Positions 38,885-48,148 of a stretch of DNA of 64,000 bases are shown here, in pieces (the first letter of the stretch is position 1; the number at the start of each line of letters is the position of its first letter). This DNA is from Candidatus Thorarchaeota archaeon (lineage in GTDB: Archaea; Asgardarchaeota; Thorarchaeia; Thorarchaeales; Thorarchaeaceae), in NCBI GenBank assembly GCA_048882385.1, contig JBHLRQ010000003.1, positions 1 through 64,000 of the forward strand, read 5' to 3'. The position numbers were made by a program, and so were the translations under genes. The notes below the pieces were generated by a model. The model made no database searches and was not told the origin of the DNA. It saw only the letters and a list, made by a program, of their open reading frames with translations.

Positions 38885-39817
38885 TCAGAATTCCTCTTTG
38901 AAATCATGGATGGGTGGGAATCTGTTTCTGCTAGCTTTACTTGAGAATGGCTCGAGCTTATCCCATGACCTATGGAATCTTGCTGGAAATGACCATGGTC
39001 TTATCAACAGATATTCTTCGACATCATCTGCTGCGTTGTAGGCTTCTAATGCTGACTCAGCTGCTTGTGCAAACTGATGTCGCGCATCATTATCTAAGAC
39101 CTGTTGACTGAAGACATAGGAGTCCTCGTACCATTGATATCGAACAACGTATTCATGGTCATCTGGGAAGACACGCTTTATTCTTCTCCAGGGCCAAAAG
39201 GTAGACATTTGCTCTAACTGCTCTCCCGCACCGTAGAAATCAATGGCCATTCCTTCTTTGCAGTATACGTATTCCGGTGGTTTCTCATTGAACTTCGGGT
39301 TTGGTTTGTCTGTGCGCCCTTTTCTGGTCCAATCGTTCCATTCAGCTCGAATCCTACTATACACTTCACAATGGTCGAGAATGTACTTGACCGCTGCAGA
39401 TGTGCCATGATGAGCCAATCCAGGTAACGAGGGTCGCTCAAGACGTTCCTCTATCCATGATCTTACTATTGGTACATCTTCAACAGGAATCGTGGACCAG
39501 ATTGGGAAGACCGCTTTTCCAAAGGGCATCATGAACAGAAATACGATTCCTGCGGCTGCGACTGGCACGAACTTCTCAGGAATCTCTTCATCAATAGGCC
39601 AGGTTTCACCACCTTCTGCAAAATGAACCTCGGAAACTTCGAATGATATGACCTCATCCCATTCGGCGTCATAGAGTGCAGAGTATACTTTCCTCTTTTT
39701 CTCTCGGGGTAGAATGAATCTAGCTATGTCCTTATTGATCTGCAACTCATGCATCTTCTCACTGTGTGGACAAATTCCAGTATACTCGACATCTGTCAAC
39801 CTATCGTCTTTCGTCAT
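38885..39817 (-). CDS. Hypothetical protein
   Basis: 310-aa ORF, Trp-rich, no family recognised; GGGTGAT SD-like site upstream. Confidence 0.6.
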   Translation of the reverse strand: MTKDDRLTDVEYTGICPHSEKMHELQINKDIARFILPREKKRKVYSALYDAEWDEVISFEVSEVHFAEGGETWPIDEEIPEKFVPVAAAGIVFLFMMPFGKAVFPIWSTIPVEDVPIVRSWIEERLERPSLPGLAHHGTSAAVKYILDHCEVYSRIRAEWNDWTRKGRTDKPNPKFNEKPPEYVYCKEGMAIDFYGAGEQLEQMSTFWPWRRIKRVFPDDHEYVVRYQWYEDSYVFSQQVLDNDARHQFAQAAESALEAYNAADDVEEYLLIRPWSFPARFHRSWDKLEPFSSKASRNRFPPIHDFKEEF

Positions 39818-39958
39818 CTTGGATGTATCACCCTTGATAGAGCAAGGTCGAGCTGTCAGCTTCTTAAAGATTCTTAAAAGAATACTCCAATGCCATTTTA
39901 GAAATCGATACTATTAATTAGCCGTTCCTACGTGTGAGCAGAGAGAGGACAAACCACG

Positions 39959-40663
39959 ATGAGTCATCGGTCAAAACGTGAAAAACGAAAATTGAGCTTG
40001 GAAGAATTCAATTTCGATCCCTCTGAATTGGATCTGAAGTTTAGTAAGAACCTGCTTACTGTACTAGACGGCTATCGAATAAACCGATGCTATGATCTTG
40101 GCTTCATTGACAAGGCAATCAATGAAGGTAAGGCTCCTCAGAAATTCATCAGGCAGTGGGGGACAATTCGATCTGTGCTACACAAACTCGCTGCCATTGG
40201 TCCCAAGGTCGAGGGTGTTGAGTCAATGCTAAACAGAAAGCAATACTTCTCATTTGCTTCAATGGCACTGATTACAATTATCGTTCCAATACTTCTTCTC
40301 ACTTGGGTGTTTCAGTTGGCTTTCCTTCAAGATTTCTTGGTTCCTCTAGCAATAATCGCAGTCGCGATGGTGATGATTAATTTCTTAGCTGGAGGTGTCT
40401 ACAATCGTAGAATTGCTTGGGCCATTCATGACTATATTGAGGCTAACTCTAATCTTGTTGCTAGGGAACGGAAATATCTTCAGAGGTGGGTACAAATTCT
40501 CATCGATCATACAGCTCGAGTGATGCGAAAGACTGGAGAAGACCCAGAGAAACATCTGATTAAGTTCTTCACTACTGATTATACTGGAATAGATGTCCAA
40601 CAAGAACCTGGTGGATTCAGAAAGCACTATACAGTCATATTAAGATACCCTGCAAAGGATTAG
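39959..40663 (+). CDS. Hypothetical membrane protein (two TM helices)
   Basis: Central hydrophobic hairpin flanked by soluble regions. Confidence 0.65.
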   Translation: MSHRSKREKRKLSLEEFNFDPSELDLKFSKNLLTVLDGYRINRCYDLGFIDKAINEGKAPQKFIRQWGTIRSVLHKLAAIGPKVEGVESMLNRKQYFSFASMALITIIVPILLLTWVFQLAFLQDFLVPLAIIAVAMVMINFLAGGVYNRRIAWAIHDYIEANSNLVARERKYLQRWVQILIDHTARVMRKTGEDPEKHLIKFFTTDYTGIDVQQEPGGFRKHYTVILRYPAKD

Positions 40664-40706
40664 GCGGCATGAAGGTTAACCTAACTTTATTTAATCCCTA
40701 AGAACC

Positions 40707-41822
40707 TTACACGAGTTTCTCAATGGGCTTGTAGTCTAGATCAAATCCAAAGTGTCGGGGTCCCAAGACCTTGAGTCCTTCTGGATTTCTAAAGATAGAT
40801 CCTCCCTGCATTCCAATTACGCTGACCTTATCCCCTTTTTTGATGTCAGTATTTGTTATAGGTTCTCCACTTTTTTCATCTATTATTTCGATTATATCAG
40901 GACTCGTAATCCAGGGTTTTTCATCCAACCATGTGATATGGTTCTCATTCTTGAACCAGACTTTCATTTTATTTCCAGGTTTTATTCCCGACCCCTTGAT
41001 CACAGTTTCGCCCCACATATAGCCCTCTCTGTTCTCCCACCATTTGTCGACTATCTCTCCCCGAAAGAGGATCCATCCTCCGACTTCATCAATTATCTTC
41101 TCAGCAGGGTCGTCACCTGATTCTCTACTCTCTCGAATCAGTCTGCCTACATTGAAGCTCTTTGTCAAGGTTCCTGGTATAATCGCTTTGTGAAAGTCTT
41201 TTCCTTGGACTGGAAACGCCACATTACCAAGACGCCCCCACGCAACCTCACTAAGCGCCTTTGATAACCTCTCACCCATTTCGTAGTTTATGACATGTTC
41301 AACTATACTCTTGTTTCCATACCAATCGATAAGTGCCATTGGTGCCATTGAGAATCCAAGCACACAGACAGTGTTCTGACATATCTCTGGAACTGCTCTT
41401 CCTGAGTAGTCTCCGTCCACACAGGGTATTCCATGCTTCACAGCTGCATCTATGGGAGCTGGTGTATTAACACCTCCCAGTTCGAAAGGAGCGACAACTG
41501 CAAACTTAACGCCCATATGGTCTTCAAGAGTCTTCAGACCGACTGCTAGTTCTTTCTCGAAATAGTTCCAGGGAAAACGAGTTCTCAAAGATTCTATCTC
41601 TGGTGTTGGAGGAGCAATTGTACCCGAGTAGTATGCACATGCGACCCAATCGTTGTCTTTTACAGTACTAACATCAACAATATCAATCGTCCTTCCAGCA
41701 TCAATATGCGGATAGAGCATGTCTAAACCTAACTGCTTGTCACCACCACCACCAGTTCCAAAGAATGTGCAACCAGTCGTGAGATCATCCACATCATCCC
41801 TAGTCTTTAATACAAGAGTCAT
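40707..41822 (-). CDS. DUF917 family protein
   Basis: G.TFFGTGGGG, PFELGG.N, VDGDYSGRAVPE, FKNENH, PDII; start moved to ATG 41822. Confidence 0.88.
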   Translation of the reverse strand: MTLVLKTRDDVDDLTTGCTFFGTGGGGDKQLGLDMLYPHIDAGRTIDIVDVSTVKDNDWVACAYYSGTIAPPTPEIESLRTRFPWNYFEKELAVGLKTLEDHMGVKFAVVAPFELGGVNTPAPIDAAVKHGIPCVDGDYSGRAVPEICQNTVCVLGFSMAPMALIDWYGNKSIVEHVINYEMGERLSKALSEVAWGRLGNVAFPVQGKDFHKAIIPGTLTKSFNVGRLIRESRESGDDPAEKIIDEVGGWILFRGEIVDKWWENREGYMWGETVIKGSGIKPGNKMKVWFKNENHITWLDEKPWITSPDIIEIIDEKSGEPITNTDIKKGDKVSVIGMQGGSIFRNPEGLKVLGPRHFGFDLDYKPIEKLV

Positions 41823-41894
41823 CTTCGCCAGATTCCAAATTAATTTCTTAAACTGGCTTAAGCTTGCGACTATATATTTCCAATGGAATTTAAA

Positions 41895-41929
41895 GAAAAA
41901 GAGAGTGGAAAGTGCCTTTACACTTTCCA
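41895..41929 (-). terminator. Hairpin plus T-tract after metallophosphoesterase gene
   Basis: TGGAAAGTG-N6-CACTTTCCA, followed on minus strand by CTCTTTTTCTTT. Confidence 0.55.
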
Positions 41930-41945
41930 TTTCTAATAGGTACGC

Positions 41946-42887
41946 CTATAGTTCTACTCTGCCAGCTTGGACCTTTCCATCTTCAATTGTAATTAGAAAA
42001 CCTTTCAGGATTCCCTCTCTGTATTCTGAACCAGGATTGACACAGAGTGTGCGACCAATCTGACGATATCCTACCGATTCGTGGATATGACCGTGCATTC
42101 CTAAAAGAGGTTCATACTTTTCAATTACAGCTCTTACCGACTTGCTGCCAACTGGACCAAGAAGCTCATGTGCTCCCGCTTTCATCACTTTATGCTCCTC
42201 ATCAAGTTGAGGTGCAGTGTCCAATCCTGAATTGTGGGGTGGATCATGGAAATTGCAGAGTACATTGGAATAATCATCGGTTTCGAGTCTAGCAAACTCA
42301 GCTTCGAGTTTATCCATAAGCTCTTCATCAGAACATTCTCTGTGGGTGTTCCATGGTGTGGAATTGACCCATTCCAGACTTATCATCGGATAGCCTCTTA
42401 CATCAACAACTTTCTGAAGAGGATAGATGACTCTGGGGTCGTTCTTGATAATCTCATCAATTGAATAGTCATCATCGTTTCCTGGATTGACAACAACCAT
42501 TACTTCTTCAGGAATTTTCTCATTGGCCATATTCATCCAATTCTGAATTCTCTCGACCATCAACTCTTGAAACAACTTGGTAATTGAACCAGGGGTTTCT
42601 CTGAGTTTAGCTAGCTCATTAGGTGTCAGTATCTTTGGATAATATCCTTCATCTCTTGTAAACTTGAGGAATCTATCAAGATCCTTCTGTTTCTTGAAAT
42701 CTTTCCTCTTTCCATGGGGCTGTGCATACCATCTGTCTTCTTTCTCTTGGATGATTGGCATTATTGCTTTACCAGTGAGGTCTCCACACATCATGGCGAC
42801 ATCAGCTTTGAAAACCTTGGGCGCTCTGCACATCTTCTCCCAAGTCTGCTCACTTCCGTGTGGATCGGCTGCTAGAAAAATTCTCAT
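41946..42887 (-). CDS. Calcineurin-like metallophosphoesterase (Icc-related)
   Basis: ADPHGS, GDLTGK, PGNDD, H.PP, HGHIHES, NPGS. Confidence 0.9.
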   Translation of the reverse strand: MRIFLAADPHGSEQTWEKMCRAPKVFKADVAMMCGDLTGKAIMPIIQEKEDRWYAQPHGKRKDFKKQKDLDRFLKFTRDEGYYPKILTPNELAKLRETPGSITKLFQELMVERIQNWMNMANEKIPEEVMVVVNPGNDDDYSIDEIIKNDPRVIYPLQKVVDVRGYPMISLEWVNSTPWNTHRECSDEELMDKLEAEFARLETDDYSNVLCNFHDPPHNSGLDTAPQLDEEHKVMKAGAHELLGPVGSKSVRAVIEKYEPLLGMHGHIHESVGYRQIGRTLCVNPGSEYREGILKGFLITIEDGKVQAGRVEL

Positions 42888-43002
42888 TTCATTACCTCGG
42901 GTTATTGTACGTGGGACATCCTTTTGCTAGTTTAAATCATTAATGGTATAGAGCTATCTCAGCACTTTAATAAGACTTTGAAAAATTGAATATTAACATA
43001 GA

Positions 43003-43027
43003 CATGACACAAGATATTAATGTCATG
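43003..43027. promoter_or_regulatory. Inverted repeat in divergent promoter (candidate operator)
   Basis: CATGACA-N11-TGTCATG. Confidence 0.45.
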
Positions 43028-43071
43028 CATCACAATCATTGTAGTTATACCGACGACGAGGCACAAAAGAA

Positions 43072-43872
43072 ATGACAGACAAATATGGTCGAATTCTTGA
43101 CGACTTCATGGATGAAGCATTAAGGATTGAGAAGGCTGCAGCTGAATTAGGAATACCACTTAGAGTGATTGGCTGCTTAGCTTTCAGATTGAAGAGCCCT
43201 GAGTTCACGGACTTGCATATCAAAATGGGCCGTGAAGTAACTGACATCGATTATGTATCCTATTACAAACATCGACAAAAGCTCATCAACCTCTTTCGAG
43301 ATGACCTTGGATATTACTGGGTGCCACCCAGCTTTGCGAGAGCATCTACATTGAGAGATCTTTTCATAGATAAAGAACGCGACAGAAAGATCGATGTATT
43401 CTATGATCATTTGGAGTTCTGTCACAAGATTGATTTCAAGAAGAACAAACGTCTAGAAGTCGATTCGCCCACAATTCCTTTGGCTGAGTTGTTCTTGGAA
43501 AAGACTCAGATTGTTGAGATAAACGCGAAGGACTTGAAAGATCTGGTAATCACATTTCTAGCACATGATGTCAGTAATCATCATAATGACGAGGATGTAA
43601 ATGGTGAGTACATCGCAAAGACTCTTTCTGATGACTGGGGCTTTTATTACACAGTGACTGAGAATATCAAGAAATTCATTAATTTTGTACCCAGTATTAC
43701 TGAGATTGACCAGAGTCAAAAAGACTTGGTGATTTCCAGAGCTAAGAAACTGCATCAGATGATAGAGCATGCTCCCAAGTCTCGAAGTTGGAAGCGTAGA
43801 GCTAAGGTCGGTACAAAGCAGCGCTGGTATAAGTTTGTCCATTCAATGGAAGGAACTCGCGAAGCTAGATAG
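43072..43872 (+). CDS. Nucleotidyltransferase-fold protein of unknown function
   Basis: LRVIGCLAF...TDIDY (GxxA..DxD), IDVF third Asp, KDLKD. Confidence 0.65.
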   Translation: MTDKYGRILDDFMDEALRIEKAAAELGIPLRVIGCLAFRLKSPEFTDLHIKMGREVTDIDYVSYYKHRQKLINLFRDDLGYYWVPPSFARASTLRDLFIDKERDRKIDVFYDHLEFCHKIDFKKNKRLEVDSPTIPLAELFLEKTQIVEINAKDLKDLVITFLAHDVSNHHNDEDVNGEYIAKTLSDDWGFYYTVTENIKKFINFVPSITEIDQSQKDLVISRAKKLHQMIEHAPKSRSWKRRAKVGTKQRWYKFVHSMEGTREAR

Positions 43873-43901
43873 ATGAGATACATATGTGAGGTCTTTGAGC
43901 A

Positions 43902-45020
43902 ATGAAGCTTTCAAAAGAAAACGCGTATGATATGCTTACTGGAGTCGGAATTCTCGGAACGGGTGGAGGCGGAGACCCTGTTTCTTTTGGCAAACCGTTG
44001 GTAGATTGGGACTATAATAAAGGAAGAGTCTATGAGATTACGCCGCCAGATGATATCAAAGATGATGCATTCATTGTTTGTGGTGGCTACATGGGCTCAG
44101 TCAAAGCATTCACATCAATTGGAGACATGCTTGAAGCTTGGGAAACTCGGTATGAGCTCCATGAAGCAATGAAGATTTCAGAACGAATAACTGGAAAGAA
44201 AGTAGATCATCTGGTCCCATTTGAACTGGGAGGTACCAACACTACCGTAATGCTGTCATTAGCTGCGAGAGCTGGAATCACAACTGTGGATGGAGATGGT
44301 CTTGGTAGGTCTGCTCCAGAAACTCAGATGATTACCTTTGTAGGATATGGAATAGAACTATGTCCGATGCCCGTTGTTTCTAAGAATGGAAGTATCATTA
44401 TTGTTGACAAGACAACTTCTCCAGCTCTAGCTGATGAGATCGGACGATTTGCTGTTGTTCAAGATGGAGGTGCAGGTGCGAATAATCACTATTACCAGAC
44501 TGGTTCACAACTAAAGAAAGCAGTCATTCCGGATAGTATCTCTATGTCAGTTGAATTAGGAGCCGCTATACGAGATGCCAATGAGAATAGCAATAACCCG
44601 ATTGATGCATTTCTTGACAATATGGGTGGTCAATTTCTAGCTCGAGGAAAGATCGAAGAGGTTAGGGGAGAAGATCGTGCAGGACATTGGCATGTATTGG
44701 TTCGAATAAAGTCTGAAAATCTCAAAGGTCGTTTTGAAATTGTTGTGAAAAATGAATACATGATGGCAATGTCCGAAGGTCAGCCTGTTGTTATGTTTCC
44801 CGACCTAATTTGCATGCATGATCCTGAAACAGGACATGGTATTATGAGCTCTGATCTCAAGAAAGGTTTGGAAGTGGTTGTCACAGCTGTTCCCGCGCAT
44901 GAGCGACTGCGTTATGCTGGAAGTACAGAGATTGGTAAGAAAGCTTTCTCTCCTGAGAGATATGGTCATCCTGAGCTTGAGTACAAGCCAATGGAAGAGA
45001 TAATAGGGCATCTTCACTAA
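43902..45020 (+). CDS. DUF917 family protein, second copy
   Basis: ILGTGGGG, PFELGGTN, VDGDGLGRSAPE, KNEY, FPDLI. Confidence 0.88.
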   Translation: MKLSKENAYDMLTGVGILGTGGGGDPVSFGKPLVDWDYNKGRVYEITPPDDIKDDAFIVCGGYMGSVKAFTSIGDMLEAWETRYELHEAMKISERITGKKVDHLVPFELGGTNTTVMLSLAARAGITTVDGDGLGRSAPETQMITFVGYGIELCPMPVVSKNGSIIIVDKTTSPALADEIGRFAVVQDGGAGANNHYYQTGSQLKKAVIPDSISMSVELGAAIRDANENSNNPIDAFLDNMGGQFLARGKIEEVRGEDRAGHWHVLVRIKSENLKGRFEIVVKNEYMMAMSEGQPVVMFPDLICMHDPETGHGIMSSDLKKGLEVVVTAVPAHERLRYAGSTEIGKKAFSPERYGHPELEYKPMEEIIGHLH

Positions 45021-45067
45021 CTACCAGAGTCAGCTATACAAATCATCTGTAAAGGAGACTGATTCAT

Positions 45068-45832
45068 TTGACAAGATTAGCCCTTATTGGTGCAACAGGT
45101 ATTGATTGGTGGACTGATCCCAAGAAGAAATCATTTGTTGAACAGCATACTCCGCCAGAATGTGAGATTGGTAACTTCACCCCAAGAAGTGGTACACACA
45201 GTGTCGAATCAATGGCTGATGAAGCATATAATGCTCCATTCATTTTAGAGCAGATAGTTCGGGCGAACAAAGAGGGCTATGATGCAATTGTAATTGATTG
45301 TGCTTGTGATCCGGTTCTTGAGGCTGGTAGAGAAGTATCTGATGTTCCAGTTATTGGTCCCCGGAACACTGCATTTCATTTGTCTCTTATGCTTGGAACA
45401 CGTTTTGGTGTGGTGACAGTTCAAGGTGAATCATTAAAGAAGTGTATAGAACATGGCGTTCGAAAAGAGGGTTTAGACGCCTTCTGTGCTGGAGTTCGTT
45501 ATCTGAAGATGCCTGTTCTAGAAATATCAAAGAATCCTGCTAATGCTCGGAAACAGATACTTCAGGAGGGTAGAGACCTCATTCAGAATCACGGTGCTGA
45601 TGTCATTATCCTTGGTTGTACAGCACTATCCCATGAAGTAGATCTCAAACCAATTATGGAGGAGCTGAAAGTTCCCATCATTGATCCGTTGGTAGTGGCA
45701 ATCAAGACTGCATTCATGCTCGTAGAGTCAGGTCTCTCCCATAGTAAGGTAGCATATCCACACCCTCCGAAGAAGAAAATCAACGAGGCTCCCTGTATAA
45801 AGGGTGCTTTTGATGATGTCTTAAAGGAATGA
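45068..45832 (+). CDS. Asp/Glu/hydantoin racemase family protein
   Basis: AIVIDCACDP, PVIGP, GADVIILGCT two-Cys racemase motifs. Confidence 0.88.
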   Translation: MTRLALIGATGIDWWTDPKKKSFVEQHTPPECEIGNFTPRSGTHSVESMADEAYNAPFILEQIVRANKEGYDAIVIDCACDPVLEAGREVSDVPVIGPRNTAFHLSLMLGTRFGVVTVQGESLKKCIEHGVRKEGLDAFCAGVRYLKMPVLEISKNPANARKQILQEGRDLIQNHGADVIILGCTALSHEVDLKPIMEELKVPIIDPLVVAIKTAFMLVESGLSHSKVAYPHPPKKKINEAPCIKGAFDDVLKE

Positions 45833-45834
45833 AT

Positions 45835-47073
45835 TCATACTCTATTGTTTCTCTTTTCTTTCAATAGAAGTGGAATAATGCCCGCTAAGACTATGATTGA
45901 TAGCGCAAGGCACATGAGATAGGGAAGTGCTCCACCAAAATCATCAAGCCATCCTCCAACTATCGGTCCGAGGAATAGCCCAACACCGCCCATACTCTCA
46001 ACCAACCCTGCATATGCACCTTTCTCAATCTTGGTTGCTGAAACAATCAGATACAGGGCACCCAAATAACTGAATCCAACTGCGATGCCCGAAATCATCA
46101 TTGCTATTGTCAACATCCAGAAATCAATGAAAAAGAAGAGTACACCAGATGAAATGGCAGATAGAACAGCTCCCAGGAGAATGACGGAGCTCATTGATTG
46201 TTCAGGAATTCTTGCTGTGATGATAAAAGCCACCGTTCTAATCCCATTCCAGACAAGAAGCATGTTACCCCAATCTGGTGTAGACAGACCTGGTAATGTT
46301 TCTACATATGCTGGGAAGAGAGCAAGGATGACCGTGGAAATCACACCCCATAGCATAATTGAAAGATATGATGCTATGAATCTTGGACTAGTTTTAGATG
46401 GAGTTCCATCACTGATTGAGACCTGAGATTCAGGAGTATCTTCTATTACTGTTCTTCTTCTTCGATATCCTTGCAGAAATCCACCAATGATTCCGAGCAT
46501 TATGAATTCTATTGCAATGACAACATAGATGCTTGATATAGGACCATAATTACTGTCCATGAATGCAATAACAAATGGACTTAGAATCATTCCAGCACTC
46601 CATGCAGTCGAAAAATTCCCTAGGACCTCACATTCAGCTTCAGGAGTCAATTCTGCAAGCATCGCCTGGTTTGATGGTGCTATGAAACCATAGACAAATC
46701 CTTCGAGTGCCCGAATTGTGATGAGATACACTGGAGAGGAGAATGGATTTAGAAAAAGAACTAACACCACGATATACGCGGCGGTGGCAATCATTAGGGC
46801 TTTTCGTCGACCAATTCTGTCAGAGAATCTCCCTCCAAGTGCAGGTGAAATCATATAGACAATCCCAAATGAACCCATTGCCCACCCCATCTCAAAACCG
46901 GATCCTCCAAGTTCTCCCACATACCAGGGAGCAAAGATTTCAGTGGTTCCAAGTGTGAATGTGACGAGGAATGTAGCAATATAAGCAACAAAACGATTCT
47001 GTCTTTTCACAGACTCTGGCATATCTGGTTTCTCATCATCATCTAGGCAGAATGGTTCTGGTGGCTCGAACAT
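45835..47073 (-). CDS. MFS transporter
   Basis: GRFSDRIGRR motif A, ~12 TM helices. Confidence 0.92.
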   Translation of the reverse strand: MFEPPEPFCLDDDEKPDMPESVKRQNRFVAYIATFLVTFTLGTTEIFAPWYVGELGGSGFEMGWAMGSFGIVYMISPALGGRFSDRIGRRKALMIATAAYIVVLVLFLNPFSSPVYLITIRALEGFVYGFIAPSNQAMLAELTPEAECEVLGNFSTAWSAGMILSPFVIAFMDSNYGPISSIYVVIAIEFIMLGIIGGFLQGYRRRRTVIEDTPESQVSISDGTPSKTSPRFIASYLSIMLWGVISTVILALFPAYVETLPGLSTPDWGNMLLVWNGIRTVAFIITARIPEQSMSSVILLGAVLSAISSGVLFFFIDFWMLTIAMMISGIAVGFSYLGALYLIVSATKIEKGAYAGLVESMGGVGLFLGPIVGGWLDDFGGALPYLMCLALSIIVLAGIIPLLLKEKRNNRV

Positions 47074-47086
47074 CTTCTCAATCCTA

Positions 47087-48100
47087 CTATTTCAGCTGAT
47101 GTGTAAACTCTTCTCCTAGAATCTTAGCATTATCCACAGGTTCTGTTCCCGGGACGGGGAATGCAACTATTGTGTTTGCGCCTGCATCGATCATTTGTTG
47201 AAGCCTTTTAAGACAGGCTTCCTTGTCGCCAACCAGACAGAGTTCTTTAACGAACTCATCAGTGATGAGCTCTGATAGAAGAGCATTGTCACCCTTCTCT
47301 GCTGCCTCGAACATTGCTCTGGTATCCTCAGGTTTGACGCCTGCATGTGACATAAGTGGTCCACCTGCTTGAGAATGCGGGAGATATAGCTTGGAGAAAT
47401 TACGAGCGATATCGATTGCCTTGTCAAGATCATCATTAATGACCATGGGCATGTATGCTACCATCTCGTAGTCATCTAGGGATTTTCCAACCTTCTTTGC
47501 CCCCTTTGCAACTTGGTCCCATGCAAACTTGACATAGGACGGCGTGCAAAAGATGGATAGAATAACTCCATCGCCAATTTCGCCTGATAGTGCGAGACCT
47601 TTGGGACCTTCAAATGCTAAGTAGATTGGAACAGTCTTACGAACAGGTTCGAAGACTAGTTTGATGTCTTTCGCAGTGAAGAACTTGTCATCGTGGTTGA
47701 TGTTCTCTCCTGTCATTATCTTCCGGACAAGATCAACACATGCACGAGTTCTGGAAAGTGGTTTCTTGTCATAGATACCCATCTGCTCCATCCAGAAAGG
47801 CACTCCAGAACCTAGTCCGAAGACAGTTCTCTTGTTAGACATCTCGTCAATGGTTGCAAACTCCATAGCGATTAATGCTGGATGCCGAGAGTATGGATTC
47901 ACAACTCCTAATCCAATTCTAATCTTATTAGTAACCATGGATACTGCTGCCAAATATGGAATGCCACCCCTGAAGAAATAATCCTCAGCAAACCAAGCTG
48001 AACCTAGACCTGATTTCTCTGCTACCTTTGCTAGCTCAACAGCCTTGCTGACGGGGAAAACACCTGTCATTGCAACACCCAGTTCTTTGAATCCTTTCAT
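47087..48100 (-). CDS. LLM-class (Mer-like, probably F420-dependent) oxidoreductase
   Basis: AE..G..SAWFAE, GVVNPYSRHP..IA..FATIDE.S, PIYLA..GPK.L.L.GEIGDG. Confidence 0.88.
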   Translation of the reverse strand: MKGFKELGVAMTGVFPVSKAVELAKVAEKSGLGSAWFAEDYFFRGGIPYLAAVSMVTNKIRIGLGVVNPYSRHPALIAMEFATIDEMSNKRTVFGLGSGVPFWMEQMGIYDKKPLSRTRACVDLVRKIMTGENINHDDKFFTAKDIKLVFEPVRKTVPIYLAFEGPKGLALSGEIGDGVILSIFCTPSYVKFAWDQVAKGAKKVGKSLDDYEMVAYMPMVINDDLDKAIDIARNFSKLYLPHSQAGGPLMSHAGVKPEDTRAMFEAAEKGDNALLSELITDEFVKELCLVGDKEACLKRLQQMIDAGANTIVAFPVPGTEPVDNAKILGEEFTHQLK

Positions 48101-48120
48101 TTTTTATCACACTCGTCAAT

Positions 48121-48148
48121 AAGAAAAGAAGAGGGGACGGACTCCCCT
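48121..48148 (-). terminator. Hairpin plus pyrimidine tract at AOR stop
   Basis: AGGGGA-N5-TCCCCT followed on minus strand by CTTCTTTTCTT; lies inside an apparent operon. Confidence 0.4.

Noticed and set aside
47087-48100. Methanogenesis inferred from Mer-like and Hdr-like genes
   Set aside because: LLM and CCG families are widespread; no mcr, mtr or H4MPT pathway genes here
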